From Tubulanus polymorphus (lineage: Eukaryota > Animalia > Nemertea): DNA of 64,000 nt. The DNA is taken from the NCBI RefSeq assembly GCF_964204645.1, contig NC_134025.1:23974299-24038298 (forward strand). Reading direction: 5' to 3'. The notes beneath the pieces are model-generated. The model had not been told where the DNA came from. It did no database searches and saw only the letters and a list, made by a program, of their open reading frames with translations. The stretch's first letter is position 1. Each line of letters begins with the position of its first letter. Below, piece by piece: positions 61,301-64,000 of this stretch. The position numbers were made by a program, and so were the translations under genes.

Positions 61301-64000
61301 TTACTAGAAAATGCAAATAATAACAAATTAATTTGATAAAACCTTTTCTATTTCAGGTTTACACTACTTATTCATTGTATGTAAAAGCTTGTACTGTTGT
61401 TGGCTGTACGAGCGGTCCAAAAGCCCCAATTACAACTAGTCAACTGCCCCCTGCAGAAATGCAGCCTCCAGTTTTGCAAGTTTTGGGTAAGTTTTCTCTA
61501 AAGCACAGCAAGTAGTCATGCCCTGGAAAGATGAATGCAAGATTTATGGAATTTTCTGATTTAAGGAACGAAAAGCATGCGTGTTGACTGGAAATTACCG
61601 AATCAACCTAATGGTGTTATTCAGCGCTATTTGATATATGCATCAACTAATCCCTCAGCGAATGGAACTGCACTTTACAATAGTACTGATGTAGCATTTC
61701 TTTTCTATGAATTAAAGACATTGATTGCAGGAACTAACTACTTTATTCGCATTGCGGTAAGCAATTTGCAATCTTTTCCTATAAAGATAGATACAATCTT
61801 TTTCACTGTCGATATTGGATGATTATGTATATTTAGGCTTGTACTGGAGGTGGTTGTACGATTAGTAATGCAAGTCAGGCAAGAACTGAAGAAAGTGCCC
61901 CTGAAGGAGTACAGGCACCAAATGTAACTTCCCCAAGTCCTCAGGAGCTGGTCGTTACATGGCGAGTACCAACTTTACCTAATGGTATGTGATAACTCTT
62001 GTCTATTGTTGTTTTTTTTTTTGTATTACGTAATGAACATGTGCTCACTTACCTCAATGACTGTACATAATCGACAATGAAAATTCTTTTCTTCAACAGG
62101 AAACGTTGTTAGGTATGAGCTCTATCACAATGGTAAGTTGGTGTACACAAACACACGAAGGTATTATCAGATTAGCAATTTGCAGCCTTGGAGCGTACAT
62201 CAATTTTACGTCAAAGCATGTACAGTGAAAGGATGCGGAACAAGTCCAACTACTACTGTCCGTACGCAAGAATCGGCACCTGATGGCAGTGTAGTTCTTA
62301 TCGCTTTAGTAAAAGATGCGCGATCGGTTACTGCCAGTTGGAATCGGCCTACAACTCCAAATGGCTTCATGAATTATAATGTAACATTTGAAGGTTTCTT
62401 CTACAAAGATCCAGGTAAGTGCATGGCAAGGAACTACATGTAGTTCTACCTAGACATTTAAGCCAATGTATGAACGTGCCAGTATATACTTATTCCTTTT
62501 TCTAGCAACATGGGATTATAGCATCATAACAGAAAAACGTGTGCTCTTGAATACAACTGAGGTTGGACAAAATGTTGTCATATCCGGGTTGATTCCATAT
62601 TCTACATATAGTGTTCAAGTTGTTGCTTATAACACAAAAGGATCCATTCCAAGCAATGTTGAGCGTCTTGTCATGCCAGAAGGAAGTAAGTACATGTAGT
62701 TAATTTTGTAAATGTATATTCTCTTATTGAAAGGTTATAGACATGATGTGCACTGACCGCAAACATGAAATTTCTTTTTAGCGCCAGATGGTGTAGCACC
62801 ACCTAATCTTGTCAGCGTCACATCGGAAGTAATTCAGGTAACTTGGACAAAGGTCGGAAGGGCCAATTCAGCAGATCAGCCATTATTTCAGTTGCAGTTT
62901 AAACAGAAAGGAGCAACCACTCCGGCAGTGAAGTAGGTTGAAGACATCATTAAAATAGCAATATAGAAATTCCTTCATTTTGCAAGTGTGATCATAGTTG
63001 TATTTTCTTTTTTCTCAATTGCAGCTTATTTAATCAACCAACCACTTCCAATTCGTATCTGAAAGATAAATTAGACCCATATACAGAATACGAATTCAGG
63101 TTGGGAGCAAAAAATAAATTGGGCTCAACTTGGTCCTTATGGTCGTCTGTTTATACGAAACAAGACAGTGAGTATATTTCACCTAAGTTCTTAGGAAAAT
63201 ATATTCTGTGGTGGTTGAGAGGATCTTCTTAACGGTATATTCTTTTTGTAGAACCAGCAATTTTGGATCCACCTCGAATGAAAGATGTTAAGCAAAGGGA
63301 AATAACCGTATTTTGGCTGAAACCGAGTAAGCCTAATGGAATAATCGAAAAGTACATTCTTGAGAAAAATAACAGCATATATGCACAGGTCTGTGGTTCA
63401 GTTTGATTAGGGAAACCTCTGAATTTTGAGCCTTTTATTGATATATTTCGATGTTCTAATTTGTTCTTCAACTGATCTCCCTTTTTCTTTCATTCGCATA
63501 TATACATAAGTATCTGTTTACTTTATTTTAGGTTGAAAGTAACACAACGTTGCTAATTGTGACTGGCTTAATACCCTATACTAACTATGTGTTCAGGGTA
63601 TCTGCATGTACTGGTGGTGGCTGTACAAAAAGTCAAGACTCCGATACTGTCAGGACATCATCTGCAGGTAATTGTTATGATAAGTTGATACATTTGCATT
63701 CAAATGATAGTTGTTATTTTGACTGAATTTCAAATGTTTTTTGTTTTCCTACAGCTCCTGAAGGTATTGCTGCTCCGACAGTTTCATCTCAAACGCCGAC
63801 ATCAGTTCTGGCTGTCTGGACAGCTCCCAAATTACCAAATGGTATTCTGACTAAATACACGCTTCAGCGAAGATTGAAAGATTCCAACAAAACAGTAGAC
63901 ATAAGACATGTGACTCCTAATGAAGCATTTACCTACCTCGATCAAGGTTCACCGTTACAGCCATATACTGCTTACCAATACCGTGTAGCAGTATCTACTG
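44496..64000 (+). CDS. USH2A: Usherin, 5' part (signal peptide, LamG-like, laminin N-terminal, 10 laminin-EGF, FN3 repeats, 2 LamG, further FN3); continues past right edge
   Basis: Signal peptide then QGNFPRIFNV..KPITTTPVQSTCGIP..FCQS; FFGRLQDFKFYSYTLTNREI; NCRCPATHPR; ten LE repeats; GTRFTGGGYYHFP, FHGCIKDI, WEGCP, FGGCIKDM; FN3 repeats with PNG and ACT..GC motifs. Domain order is characteristic of usherin. Confidence 0.96.
46708..46971. mobile_element. MITE in USH2A intron with 5-bp TSD
   Basis: TAGAA|CAGGGTTGCCAC ... GTGGCCACCTTG|TAGAA; internal (C/A)AGGGAA repeats, similar repeats also at about 46050-46300. Confidence 0.7.
55966..56094 (+). CDS. USH2A: USH2A LamG1 alternative exon A (129 nt, phase 1-1)
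   Basis: tag|GA TGC...AAA G|gttagg; GCNTEVEIDPAIDGNRTYSDGQWHSVQVYRKDFDGQLIVDDLKG. Confidence 0.88.
56985..57107 (+). CDS. USH2A: USH2A LamG1 alternative exon B (123 nt, phase 1-1)
   Basis: cag|GA TGT...AAT G|gtatga; GCVSYLSITNDEGSPHNSNQWLELEARRSGKHGIIYMNNFNG. Confidence 0.8.
57886..58011 (+). CDS. USH2A: USH2A LamG1 alternative exon C (126 nt, phase 1-1)
   Basis: cag|GA TGC...ACA G|gtttga; GCVTFISTTDDEGLPYSDNEWHDLFAYRDGKYGILRLDDLWTG. Confidence 0.88.
58288..58314. repeat. (TA)n microsatellite
   Basis: About 13 TA units. Confidence 0.9.

Overview
AT-rich, compact, intron-rich animal genomic DNA, probably an invertebrate bilaterian (taxon not determinable from sequence alone). Gene order: 5' half of a divergent xanthine dehydrogenase/aldehyde oxidase-family gene (-, runs off the left edge, two consecutive U12-type introns); BECN1 (-) head-to-head with guanylate kinase GUK1 (+, with an upstream mini-exon encoding a likely mitochondrial presequence); CCSAP (-); an orphan single-exon 362-aa ORF (-); a small candidate ORF (+); an inversin-like ankyrin-repeat/IQ gene (-); a 5'-truncated LINE; and the 5' part of usherin USH2A (+, runs off the right edge). 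Several MITEs are present, including a piggyBac-type element and a 38-bp palindromic mini-element. The most notable observation is three tandem, homologous, same-phase exons encoding the same segment of usherin laminin-G domain 1, the pattern expected for a mutually exclusive exon cluster. All exon models were derived by hand and comparisons to human proteins are from memory, not from searches.
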